NCBI RefSeq assembly: GCF_006345805.1
Contig: NW_021832123.1
Coordinates: forward strand, 182,140 to 246,139
Reading direction: 5' to 3'
DNA length: 64,000 nt
Source of the DNA: Octopus sinensis
Taxonomy: Eukaryota
The notes beneath the pieces are model-generated. The model was given only the letters and a program-made list of their open reading frames with translations, made no database searches and was not told the origin of the DNA. Made by a program: the position numbers and the translations under genes. Below, piece after piece: positions 11,001-23,362 of this stretch; within the stretch, counting starts at the first letter, position 1, and every line of letters starts with the position of its first letter.

Positions 11001-13387
11001 AGTTTATAGTCGAGAGGTTATATCGTATAAAAGTTGGTTTACCCTTTAAAGGTCCAAGGTTGAGTTTGTATAAAATTGGTAGATGGTCACTTCCAATATC
11101 ATTTAAGGTGTACGGTTGTTCCATAAATTGAAGAGTAGACATAGAGACCAATGCTACGCCCAAATAGTCCCACCCTCCTGGTGAGTAATGATTTGGGGTT
11201 TTTGATGTGATGACCGAGAAACTGAGAGATTCTGAAAGCTTCTTAAGAATGATGCCATCCCTGTGGTTCTCAGACAGCCAAAAGATGTGCATTTGGCATT
11301 TAGATCCCCGAGGAGTATTGACAAATGATTGTGTTTATCGGCAAAAAAAGTCCTTGATAAGCGATGAATAATTGGAAAGGGATTTTGAGTACATCCCTCC
11401 GATTGTTACCACCCTTTTTCCAGAAGGACGTCGATTGTGAGGAATTCACACAATTCCTCGGACACAATTTTAGATTTTTCACCCTTAGAGTTGATTTGTA
11501 GTAGATAGAAGTGCCTGTTCCAGCGATCGAGCCCGGCTTCCACTTAATATCAAGGGAACGATAGCCATCCAAGTAGTAATCATCATGTTTTTTGATTTTG
11601 TTTCGTTTACGATCAAAAGGTCCACGGGGTTATGGGATAACATATCCTCAATCTCTGAACGCCTTCTCTTTAGAGAACGTGCGTTCACAGCGATAATAGA
11701 CAGAAAGGGGCTCACGCCTGATCAATCCTTTCCCTTCCAAGAGAAAGGGACAACAGATTGTTGATATCGAGGCCTTTTTCATCGCATATAGCGATTATTT
11801 TGCGAATCATAGAGGTAAGCTCAACGTCGATAGTTGGTGCTTTCCTCTTAAAGCGGGTTGGAGGCTCTGTGTTGTGTATTGGGAGGCAAAGTTGCGTCTT
11901 CACTAACATCTGTTTGCGTTGAGGAGTCAAAACAGCGGGAAATTGTGGGTTTTCGCCATACAGATTCAACGGCCTCCGCTTTTGACCATACAGTTTTTGA
12001 GTGTTCTGCTTTGGCCAGTCTGTCCCTGGCACTGAGCTGCTTTTTTAGTTGTTCAGTGGCTGCCTTAGCTGAAGAGCAGCCACCGTAGCAAGCCAAATGC
12101 CCACTCAGACCGCAGTTTATACATTTTTTCTCAGTTTTTCCTTTAATCGGGCACATTTTCATATTATGATCACCACCACAGAAAAGACATCTTTCCACTT
12201 CTTTGCAGAAGTTAGCAATGTGACCAAATTGTTGGCAGCGAAAGCATCTTGTTGCTGGGTTTTTAAACCATTCGCATCGTATTTTTTGAAATCCCACTTC
12301 GATTCCCATCCTTACAAGCGAAGTGGCTTCTGCCCTCGAATTCAGACTCAACTTTCCAACAGGTATACTCCGTCCATTTTTGTAGAACCGTTGGAAAGTA
12401 AAACCGGGGTTGAGAATTTCTTTGAGGTAAAGATCCAGGTCTTCCTCGGAGACCCAAGATGGTATTCCCTTCAAGACTACGGTCGATGGTTGCAGACTGC
12501 ACGCAGAAATATAATGGCCGTCCTGGCCAATGGTTTGTTATACTCGAAGTCATTCACAAACGAGTCCCTATCACTAGAATTTGAGAATTCGAGGGTAAAG
12601 TCCCCAGACTTCCTGGCAGTAATTCGGGCCTTCTGTGCAGTCTCGGATTTGGTTAGAATATTAAAGGACTTTATTCGTCCAATCGCATAATTTTTTATCT
12701 GCAGCGAGAGGACAAGAGACTCAGTACAGTTTGGATTGTTCAAAGAGACTTGAGAGGAGTGTGACCCCTCCTCATCTTTGATACGGATTTCATCTTTGCG
12801 TTCAAGCTCTTGAGACACAGAAGATTTTGAGTTTTTGATAGTTTTATTTTTTGCACCACGAGAAACGAAACGTGTCATGCCGTCAATTCAACCTATATCA
12901 AATCAACCTATATGTGGAGGTGGCCGAATCCCGTTTATCTCAATAGTCCCCGAAAGAAGACATTTCCTCAGAGAATTGAGCGTTTCCAGAAATAAAACAA
13001 ACAAATACTTTCACGAGCACTTCTATTTCGTGGAAAGGGGTATCCGCCTTGAAATGTGACTTTATCACGTTCATGAAGGTGGGGAGGTCGTTTTCGTCGT
13101 TCTGCACGTGACTTGGGGGTGTACTATTAGTCGTTGGATTTGGTCGAGGATCATTGATAGCTTGTCCTGGTAAGGTCCGGTGCTGCAGAGGGAGATTATG
13201 TTGAGGAAGAATCCTCGACATCTTAGGATTTCTGGGGGTAATTGGAGGGAATACTTTGGAAGTGTGGGTCTGGTTCGGTAGGATGTTTGGGGTATTCTGG
13301 ACGAGATATTAGTCGTACTCCTTGAGAGGTGTAATTAGTGGGCTGGACTTCGTAAGGATCGTTTGGGGGCTTATTATGATGAGACAT
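8099..13387 (-). pseudogene. TAF4: TFIID subunit TAF4, copy A; coding exon interrupted by a 4-kb LINE
   Basis: Histone fold LICRATECFMRQLVEK, DVKAQLRYIE...NETALAALGQRR and C-terminal KRITLKDILHVL match TAF4. The uninterrupted equivalent is at 48496-49779. Confidence 0.85.
8928..12908 (-). mobile_element. Near full-length two-ORF APE-type LINE (Jockey/I/R1-like group)
   Basis: 12-bp TSD tatatgtggagg (8916-8927, 12909-12920). ORF1 12878-11712 with three CCHC knuckles. ORF2 ~11715-9092 with APE (AVNARSL, LIVNETK, GSDHLPI) and RT (KAFDMV, GVPQGSVLSP, YADD). AATAAA and a (CCTATT)3 3' tail. Several frameshifts. Absent from copy B. Confidence 0.95.
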
Positions 13388-13589
13388 TTGTGGTTACTAT
13401 TTATTAAAACAAACAATGACACATTAAGTGCAATAATAATGCTCACAAGAACGATTTGAATATTTATTTTATTATACATTTAATTTTAATTAATATATTA
13501 ATTTAAAAAATCATGAATTTATTAACATATTAAATAGATAAACCGTGCAAAAAATTAATGAATCCTTATCAAGATTATGCTTTCTTTCG

Positions 13590-14870
13590 ATCCTCATATA
13601 GTCTTCTTTTAGGCACTTTAGTAATGTGAGTCCAGGTCTCCCACGGAATTGATGTATGTCTCTCAATTTACCTTCAAGTCATTTCCAAATAGTGCACTTG
13701 AACAGAATAGTCCAATATGTTGACAGTTGTTCGTTTTGTTACGAAAGCTTCATTTTCTATTGAATATTGCGTATAGTTTGGTCCAATTTCTTATGGAATG
13801 AATATAGTCTTTTCAGTTCTTTTTTTCTAAGTGAAATTATTACATTGAAAGATAATAAATTAGCAGATTCTTTTCGGATACAAAATCTACACCATTTTCA
13901 TATATGAATTCTGTAATTTTGAGACATTTAGGCCTATCTTTATTTTTAGATCTCCCAACCCAGCTTCCAAATAGACAACAAATAGAACGGGAGACAAAGA
14001 ATTTCTTCGTGGAGTCCGATTGACAGAAACTTTTCAGAGTGTTTAGTTCCAATTTCGACAGCTAGCTTTGTTTCATTGAGAAGGAAGCACCATTTAATGG
14101 CCTATTTAATGAATTCATTAGCTGTTTTCTGTTGATGCAATCAATAGCATTGCTGAAATCAATTCCAAGGAGGTAGATGATATTCGTGTATTTTTGGCAC
14201 CCAGTTAAAACATCGAAAATCATTATCCGAAGCCACTTTGACTATTCAGGGGAATTCCCTACTTTTACATGATTTAAAACGATAATTGAGGGGCTGTTAA
14301 TAGGACTAAGGTTTCTAATAATCCTTTTTTTCAGATTTATTCATCGTTAATACAACATCATGTCAGATAATGTTCCAAAGTATTCCGATAATTTGTTGAA
14401 ATGATTTCTTGAAGTGCCAAACAATGCACTTCGTTTTTTCAAACCTGTTTCAACTACGATATCCGGGTTTTGGATAATATAACTTTAGATAAGCGTTTCG
14501 CCACTATGTCATGTTACAACTTTTCAGTAATAATCTTTTTTAAATGGAGTCAATCTTGTTGAATATAAACTTGTAATAGTTTCCATTTCGACAGCCTAAC
14601 CACTTCGTCCTGTGTTTTGCAGGGTGTTCAAAAGTAATTCACAGATATAGACACATTGTACTAAAAAAGCTGACAAGAAAGTCTTTAAAATGATTTCTGA
14701 ACCTTTTCCCCAAAAAATCCCACATAATCGTCATCTTTCCTTTGTAACTTGACCTTCTACTCACCATAAATGAATGTTAGAGTAGATTTGGGGAATCTAT
14801 ATAGACAATAGATAGGTTCATGCAATTTTTTGTAGTTCCATTGTATTTCCAGTGATTTTGATCTTATGCC
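13590..14870 (-). mobile_element. Old, degraded non-LTR retrotransposon RT remnant (RTE/CR1-like); present in both copies (B ~49990-51170)
   Basis: Degenerate RT motifs GIDFSNAIDCINR, SLSPVLFVVYLE and YENGVD, with many stops. Confidence 0.55.
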
Positions 14871-15510
14871 TGTGTCGACCATAATAATATAAATATTTGT
14901 AAAAAATCACAAAAACAGACAATTAATGACGAAACTATCCTATTTTTAGACACGAATAATACAGAAAATGTCAATATTGACGCAAAAAAATATGCAAATT
15001 ATTAACTAGTACATTTTTTCTTCAGCTAATGAACTCGACAGTCTTTTTATCAGAGCATTTCTTCTACCTTTGTCCTGTTCATCAAAATTGGTATGAACGA
15101 TTCCCGACTGTTAAGCCCGTATTTTTACTATTGACTTATCGTTCGCATGGAGATAAGCAAAAATTGTCAAATCAGCGATATCATGTAATGATCTTTCAAT
15201 TATGTTAAATGACTTCAAAAACTTCAAAGTCATTAGTCGTTTGAATATAATCTGGATTTTCTCTTTTTCATGACATTAACTTAAACAAATCTGTTTCGTC
15301 ATCCTCCGCAATAATTCTTTTTGATAAATGTATAAAATCCTATTTGGATTGTATTTACCAAATAAGACAACATAATTTTTCAAATCTTAAAAATTGTTTT
15401 CTCTGATTAAAATTTTATTCTTATTGTAATGCTAATTATTGATCGTTCTTATTCTATTGGGTTAGCTATTTAAATAAAATTTAGCGACTTTTTCAGTTTT
15501 CGATTAACAA

Positions 15511-17449
15511 ATGGAACACACGTTAATCACGGATGATTACGAACTTTATAAAAATGAAATTAAAAGTGCCATTCAAATGGACAGTCATTTCAAGGAAAAC
15601 GAAGTCTCATTTCTAAACGGCCTGATCAAAGATTTGCCATTAACAACAATAAATCAAAAAATATGTCTCCGGTTGGTGGTTGAATTCATCTTAGAGATGA
15701 GCTGTACAATTCTTCTTTGAATCACTTTTTATCTCAAAAAAGAGAAGCAATTCCAAACAAACGTCGAAATATAGAAAATATATCAAAAATTAACGGAAAC
15801 TTGAGCAAGTTCTTTCAATTTATTTACAGGTGTTTTAAAGTTGCTCATTGAAGGGACTTTTGGTTATGGAACGATGATTTACTTTCACTTCTTGTGGATG
15901 ACCTTTGTTCTCAATTTCATTCAATTAATTTTTTTATGTGTCTTTTTTTCATACCACTCATAATTTTTAAAGTTCCGCTCTTTTTAGCGTCTTTTACATT
16001 TTTTGACGTGTTGACGGCAAACGTAGATTTGATTTACTATTTAAGGGTTTTATTGAAAATTCGTTTCTTTTCTACGGAAACTATGACAAATTTACGTGGA
16101 AATTTAATTTTTCTATTTTGTACTATCCAATTATATTCTCAAGTTTTATTCTGCAACTGGTCTATCTTTTTTACATGTATTACTACTATTATTAGCCATA
16201 GAGTCAACGAGAGCTATAAAGCAAAGGCTTCAGTGAAAATTACATGACTTTGAACGTCCACTTCATCAAAACTCTTTTCGCACACCGAAGCATATTCAGC
16301 TTAGAGTTCAAGAATAAACAAAAAGCAATTTTCTTTAGTTTAATAGTAATTTCCAAGTCAAAACATTCAGAAAAAATTGATCGACAACAAGGAGAGAGAA
16401 AAGTGTTTGAAAACACCTGATAAACAAATTTATTACACGTTTATAAGAACTCTAACGGGATTTGTTTTGGTAGTCCTGTTTGTTGTACATGTGATCGCTC
16501 TTTACTACGCCAATAAAGTCACGATCGACAATCCTGTAACTTTGTATGTCAAGATGAAAGGACAATCTTTGGTTGGAGTTTCTGACCTCGTTTGTGTATT
16601 TTATCGACGGATTATTATTGTCGTTGATTGCTAATTTTTTTGAAAAAGTTGAACTTTACTCCCCCGAAACAAAACTAAAAATTAAACTTGCCAGGTTTGT
16701 GTTTTTAATATTTTGATTAGTTTCGATCAACATTTTTTCGGTTTACTTTTATTTCTACATTCTGGTCAGTTCTGTGACTCAAAATATAGTTCCTGGGATC
16801 CATGTTAGTCTTTCTAATTTACGTGGCGAGTGACAACATTGTTCAGCTCATTCGGTTTTACTCAATTGCCTCGTTTGTCTATCAAATATTTATTTAAGTT
16901 TGACTGTGATTTTTGTGCCTTTGATCAGCATTACAATACTTTTTTATTTATTTGGGATCTTTTCATTAAAATTTGTTTGTCTGATTTTTCTAAAAATTTA
17001 GATTCATATCAGTTGCTATAATATTTCGTCGGGCAAACTTAACAAATACACTCAGTCTAACTTATTTGGAATTGTGTCCCTCATCATTATACTTGGACTA
17101 CACACTATTCCAAACTTTTTTGTTTATTTCAAGTAATAATTGATAAAACTGAATTCAGTCTAAGACCATCAGAGTCGTGTGGCCCATATCGCAACACGAC
17201 ATTCATGTACGCATCTATGGTACACATGATTGAAGTTGACGCGACGAGCAATAAAGCTATTTTAAGTTACAAGCATATTGTGCCTTCGTTTGCTATTTTA
17301 AATTTGTAACAATTATATAGTATTGTAGATTAACGTGCATTTTTCTGATTATAAGGATGAAAAATATCGCAGTATCTTACAAAAACTTTAGGAAAAATAT
17401 TAAAAAGGTACACCAAATTTTGTATTTATTAAAAGAGGATAATTCTTAA
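15511..17449 (+). pseudogene. Transmembrane channel-like (TMC family) gene, copy A; 162-bp segment with the start of the TMC domain replaced by 3 nt at ~16826
   Basis: IEGTFGYGTMIYFHFLWMTFVLN (TMC TM1 region), RPSESCGPYRN (TMC PSxxCGPF motif), last TM plus basic tail. The CWE...MYRL...KEFNV block is present only in copy B. Start and upstream exons are uncertain. Confidence 0.75.
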
Positions 17450-17726
17450 ATTAAAAGTATACAGTACATGACCTGACAAAAAAAACATTAGACCACAAAT
17501 AACTAGTTTTAGAGCACAAAATAAGAAAATCTGACCCATCTAATAATCTTTGTGGTCTCAAAATAAAAAATGATCTCAGCGTGCAAAAACGTGTAAGAGA
17601 ACTGTTCCCCACAAGAACGAAACGAAAATAAAGACATTTTATTTATTAAAAAATTAATAATAAAAATATCTAATTCTTATTTTTCGAACGAGATTTTTCT
17701 TTTTTACAGATTCTAAAAATAATCGA

Positions 17727-18103
17727 CTAGCAATAACTCGATAAATATTTAGCGATCTCTCTATCAATTTTTTCATTACTTTCTGCAACCAATATCCCGA
17801 CAATAGAGTCAATCTCCTCAGTTATGTGGTCGGCCCTACGTTGACATGAATTAGTACTTTAGTAATTGGTCGGAAATGACATCAATAAGCCTAGATCTTG
17901 ATATTTTTGAAGTAATATCGATAGATTTGAGGTAGTCGCCTACAATTTCGTGGATTTGTTGTTTTAGAGCTTTGTATGTCTAAATATGGTAAATATTAGT
18001 CTACTGTTAGTTCTAGAGATTTTAGACAGGTGCTTCTTAATTTGTCTAGCATTCCATTAGATTTTATGTCTGAAATAATCGCTTTCGTTTCTTCCGCATG
18101 CAT
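17727..18103 (-). CDS. BOD1: BOD1-like (COMPASS Shg1-domain) protein, 3 exons
   Basis: Spliced product AIISDIKSNGMLDKLRSTCLKSLELTTYKALKQQIHEIVGDYL...ADHITEEIDSIV resembles BOD1 [20 protein letters not shown]...YQNLRQKVDNFV; 25- and 22-nt GT-AG introns. Confidence 0.72.
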
Positions 18104-18431
18104 ATCTTGATCATAAAATAAGTAATGAGTAAATTACACACCAAACAGTAAATTTAATTAAAACATTTTTAAATCTCAATTTTGTAGCAACTATTAATTA
18201 ATCGAATTTATTTCATATATTTAAAAACTCTTTCGCTTCGAGGGTCGCATTTATAATAATTTTTTATAAAGGAAAGATTGTTTATTTTAATAAAAAATCA
18301 AAAAAAAAAGAAATCTAAATATGTAATTACACTTTTTAATCGCGTTTAGAGCTACTTCTGGATGATTGACATTTTTTCCGATACAATTTTTGATATTTTG
18401 AGCTTAATTATTTCCAACTTTAATTAAAGCT

Positions 18432-18878
18432 TTAGGGAAGGAAAGTTTCTAGTTTGGGATCCCACCTGTGTTGATTTCTTTTCTCTGACGATTTTACCAA
18501 AGACACTAAGCAACCTGGTTTCTGCCAATGTTCAAGCTGAAGAACCAAAATGAACAAATATGTGTAAATTTTGGACGATTTTAAGTTTGTCTCCCTCTTC
18601 TTCAAAACCTCTAGAATCGTCAACAGGACTGCGAATCAACTTTTTACTGACATTGGCTGAAAAAGTTCTAAGAATACAAACGACTGGAGAAAAACGAGCT
18701 GACTTTTTCAACAAATCTCGGTCGCAGTGCTCCGCGAAAACTGTCATTTAATAAAACGCGTGGCCTCGTTAAGCTGATCTTTATGTTCTCGACTGTCTTT
18801 TCAACAACGTCAGAACATAAGACTGAATTTTCTGTTCATTAATCATTAGCACATTAAATTTCGTTTGATTAAATGTCA
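18432..18878 (-). CDS. Possible small multi-exon gene, unidentified
   Basis: Overlapping open frames of more balanced composition and plausible micro-introns; no family recognised. Confidence 0.25.
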
Positions 18879-19173
18879 TTATTTACTCGAATTCATTTTC
18901 TCTAAAATTTTACAAAAAATTAATACTATTCAAAAATAGTGCTACTTCTCTAAGAAAATAGTCGATTTATAGCAAATCTAATTTTTTGTCAGGTCCTGTA
19001 GACTATTTTAAGATGTCAGAAATTGAGGAAATAAACGAACTGAAATAGAAAAATGTCCTTAGCCAGAGAGTCTTGTTTGTTAGAAAAATAATATTTATTT
19101 AATCAAGTGTGCTAATTTATGGTTTCTTAACATTAAGAAAATAATTTAAAGAAAAAAAGCCGTAAAATTGTGA

Positions 19174-21640
19174 ATGATTTGGTTAATATTATTCGTCACT
19201 AAAGCACTAAACCTAACTGGTATCTCGAATTTGTACTACTAACATAGTCGATGGTCAATTTACAATACGTACCACGAACATGTCTGGAGATGATTTTCCT
19301 GCCACCCTGGAATGCCCTCCTGGGACAATTATATCCTCTTGTTCATATCTCGGATCTGCTGATGGGTCATATGTGGATGAAAATATATGCACAGCACGAG
19401 GTTCTTCAAACACATCATCCTTCCAAGTAACTGAGGACAATTCGACTTGATAGACAATCGTCGTATGCATCCCGATGGACAAATACCGAATAATTTCAAT
19501 CAACTATTTTGTCCAAGAAACTATCCACGTTGATTGCCCTGCAAATACTCAACTGACTGACTGCCGATTCTACAGCAGGCAAATATATTTCCTTAAAATA
19601 ACCAGCAAGGGCGCTGAGAATTTTTATAGAAAAAGTACAAGTGGAAATACATGTTATATTATTGTGTTGGATACATTCTTCCATTACAAATGGGTTGGGG
19701 TATTAGTTCAGGTCTCCTGTCTTGGTATCCGACGACAGTTTCATTTGTTTAGAACGAATTGATCAGACTGTAACTGGGCATTGGAATGTTGACAAGAGTG
19801 GCAAGTTTACTTCGATCGGAGCCTGTCCTCGTGGATATACAATAAAATCATGTCAATGCTCCTCTCCGTCGGACTGTGCTTCGACAGACGTCCAAAACGG
19901 AATCTGCACAGTGTCATATCACAATAACAACAGGAACGCCCAAGTACGTAATTTTCTCCACACATAGGCGTCAATTGGTTGCGTACAATCCGACAATGTT
20001 AAAACAGTTGTTGGACCTCTAGACGGTGCATCCGACGGAAGGATCTCTGATTGTTTAATAAGTCCAGGGTAACTCCACCTCAATAAAAAACAGACCAAAT
20101 TCGAAGGAATCGTTTAATGAAATAAAGGGACTACTTAGGAGTGATTGTCATTTTTTATCACCCTGTTCTGACTGCCAAGTAAAGCCTATCACTATTGGTG
20201 GTAATTTTACGTTTATGGAATAGTTCCATTAAAACGACAAGCTTACAACGGTTACAAGTTAGTCGCCAAATGTCCCTGCAATGAATCGTTGATTGGTTGC
20301 TATGCAAAGGACTCGTCTGCGTTTTTGGATAAAGCGGGCTGTCAGGCATATGATTCGTCAAAACACGTAAAAGACCAGGCTTTTGCGGTGTGCAAAAGCT
20401 TTCCTCACTCGAAAATTATATACCGCAAAATAAAATTCGACTATTTGGCTAACTTCACTATCGGGTGTGGAAAGGACGAAACTATTCTTAGTTGTGTATT
20501 GGAAAATAAGTGAAAAATAATTGTAAAATCACCAATTTAGAAAAGAAATTATCAATTTTGTCTATCAGAACAACACTTGCATTATATACATGGACTCCCC
20601 GTCTATCATTGCTATTTGCAAATGTTTTATTTGTAAATCCTTCATTAAATAGATGACTATGAAACAGAAGTGACCAGTGACGTCATTTTCAGTCCTACTC
20701 GCGCTTTGTCAGAAAAAACAAAAGTTCAATGTCCTTCCCAACATCATCTGAATCGATGCTACTCAAAATATTCGGGCCGTTCCTACATTCGTGGCAACGA
20801 ATGTTCAGTCTATACTACAGAAAATAGAAGTTTCATCCAAGTTTAGACGAATGTATAATTCCTAGGCTCAAGCCGTGTGCACCAAAGATTCTTATGAACC
20901 CCAAGCAACGCGAATTCCGGACGTAAAAAGAGCCAGAGAACTTTCAAAGTATTTTAAAAACATTCAATGGATGTCTGGTCCCTCTGGAAGATATTCAGAA
21001 ATCGAATGTCCCGTCGGACATGACATTATTGGCTGCGAATGTTCGACTACCTCGAACTGCTATGGAAATATTATTTCCAAAAATAATGCAGGACGTTCTC
21101 CACAAATGCAAATTCTCATGTTCTGTCCATTTTTGTATTGTAGGCAATACTTATATGTGGAATGTTGCTTAACCAGTCTCATGTTGTGGAAATTGTGAAA
21201 AATGAGTTTCCGATTCCTCATAACACAATACCTAATCCTCGGAAAAATTATATATTGTTAAGCTGCTCATTATTCTCTTGGTGTAATTCCAAAATGCTGT
21301 GGAATTCTGCTGTGATGGAGGGGGATAAGTGCCAATTTATGAGAGAGCCTTTGGTTAAAGGACAACTCGAACAGGTGTACCTCCGAACTAATTAAATTAT
21401 CTTTACTAATTTAAAATATTTAACTTGACTAACAAATTTGTATTTATTTTATGTTCAAACTACATAGTTAGAGAAATTAATTTGACTTATTCGATTAAAT
21501 ATAGCCCAGACTGTTTGAAAGTCATTTTATGTATTTGTGACTTAGAAAGCGCAAGACCTCCCTGATTGGAAAAGTGATACTCCTCAGGACGCGGTGTTCG
21601 AGAGTAAAGATGAAACTTACAATTACTTGGATACTGCCTA
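19174..21640 (+). CDS. Secreted Cys-rich protein with ~8-9 tandem PCSK9 C-terminal/resistin-like modules, no protease domain seen
   Basis: Signal peptide MIWLILFVTKALNLTVDG, then modules CPPGTIISSC, CPANTQLTDC, CPRGYTIKSC, CPCNESLIGC, CGKDETILSC, CPSQHHLNRC and CPVGHDIIGC, each followed by a further C and usually a terminal A/I-x-C. Many 23-29 nt introns. The 3' end is approximate. Confidence 0.68.
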
Positions 21641-22178
21641 GAACAGGATTTGTTGAGCAAACGATCCATTTTATTTACTTTTATTATCATGGACAGTCTA
21701 GGTTGAGTCTAAAATCTGTCACATAGTCACTTGGCCACCAATTCTGACAAAGATCTCGTCATGTGTTTGGCACAAGTAAAGGGATTGGGCTGGAATATGC
21801 AAAACTACTTCTGTTGTACATTCTGACCGCCTGTGATTGGCTAAAGCCCAACCTTTTGTTGCAAGAAAAGTCCTAAAGAACTTGATTTCTAAAATAATGT
21901 TGAATCAGAAAAATTTTGTATGACCATTTAGAGAAACTAATGCAATTTCCACAGGTTATATTTCTCCTCTGTCACTCCGGAAATACTGCCTTTATTGTGA
22001 CCTGTTTAATGCCGCCTGCAATTCTCTTGGACTGTAATCAAATAAGACTTGTCCGTTCTGATCTTGCTCATTTTCATTTTAGTCAATCAGTGACTTTGGT
22101 TGCCTGAAAACAGTGGAAAGTACTAATAAATTATGTCAATTGCTTATCAAGAATGTTTAATAAGAAAATCATAATTAG

Positions 22179-22530
22179 TTATTCCTTCCCACCAAAACGA
22201 GCAAATGCGTCCGTGAATTGAGGAGGCGGGGGCAAAGTCGTTAAGGGATCGAATCGGAAGGTCTCAAGGTCTAGAAAATAATAATTAATGCCACTTGTTA
22301 ATGGTTGCGAATTTACTCCCTCTACAGATGGTGGGGGCTTGGAGGGGATGGCCGGTACTCCGGGAGGTGGAGGACATGCGGGGAGACTAGGTTGTGAGTT
22401 TACTTCTGCCGATTAGTGACTGATCACCCACTTTGGGATGTACTGGGAGGTCCTCGTGGAGTTGATGGTGGAATCGGAGGCTGACCACGTGGTGCAGTCC
22501 CGGGTTTTGGGGGGATTCTGCTGGGCGGGG
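22179..22530 (-). CDS. Proline-rich WIP/verprolin-like protein (C-terminal exons; 5' end unresolved)
   Basis: Spliced TPPSRIPPKPG...PPPPGVPAIPSKPPP...LETFRFDPLTTLPPPPQF resembles the WASP-binding motif of WIP (ESRFYFHPISDLPPP). Confidence 0.58.
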
Positions 22531-23362
22531 TCTAACTGGAGGTCTGTTCATTTTCACACACTAATGAAGCGCATTCGGAATATAATTAGCAACGCAACGC
22601 ACTTTCAATTCCAAGAATTATCACTTTTCAGAGAATTGGATGTTTCATATCCATTTTAGATTATCTTTGACTACTTTTTCGTAATAATAAACTCTTTTCT
22701 TTCTGTTGTGTTGATATGTTAATTTAGTAACTTTTGTAGATTGTTAAGAGAGTGCGCTTGTAAAATGGGGCAAATGTGATCTGTCAAGAATTGGTTGAGA
22801 GATTAGATAAAAGTATTCGACTTAGTGAACTAGAAAAAATTTGCGTGTTGTCAAATAGTGTGGTTATGATTGGCAAGAATACGTCAAGATATTTGAAAAT
22901 ACATTAAAAGTTAAAATGATGATTTCCCATAGGTCAAGACCTATATTTTTGAGCACTCCAAACAGTAAAAAATTTCACAAATAAAGAGACCTCTCTAAAT
23001 GAACCCTTTCTTAGTGCTTTTATATTACTAAAAGTTATTATAAAACATTAGTAAATCATATCTTGCAAAAAATCAATGTGTTTACGTAAGTATCTTTGTT
23101 CGTCATAGAGTGTAAATTCACTCAAAAATTAATTTTTGTTGTTGTAACTTTCAGTGTAAATTCACTTTGTATAAAAATGAATCATTTGGTTGATTTTTGT
23201 CTTAAATCAAAAGTCAAAATAACGAAACGTGAGAAGACCAACGTATAAAAACGTCTTTCTTAGTTTTGAAAATTTGGAATATACACAGTACTTGTGTGTT
23301 TACACAACTAATGCATCGTGCCTTGTTGCTCGTACGCACTTAAGGTATGAGGTGAATCAATT

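Larger units (their letters stand above)
376..17880. repeat. Segmental duplication, copy A (direct repeat of 38149-64000)
   Basis: Identity starts at attaaaaatactgtttgggataat (376 vs 38149). Collinear through YARS1, Ginger, SRP68, TAF4, TMC and BOD1; 17332-17880 matches 63453-64000. ORF translations are near-identical pairwise. Confidence 0.97.

Noticed and set aside
15930-15975. Shared frameshift in both TMC copies
   Set aside because: Resolved by a 35-nt GT-AG intron (gtgtctttt...tttaaag) that restores the frame.
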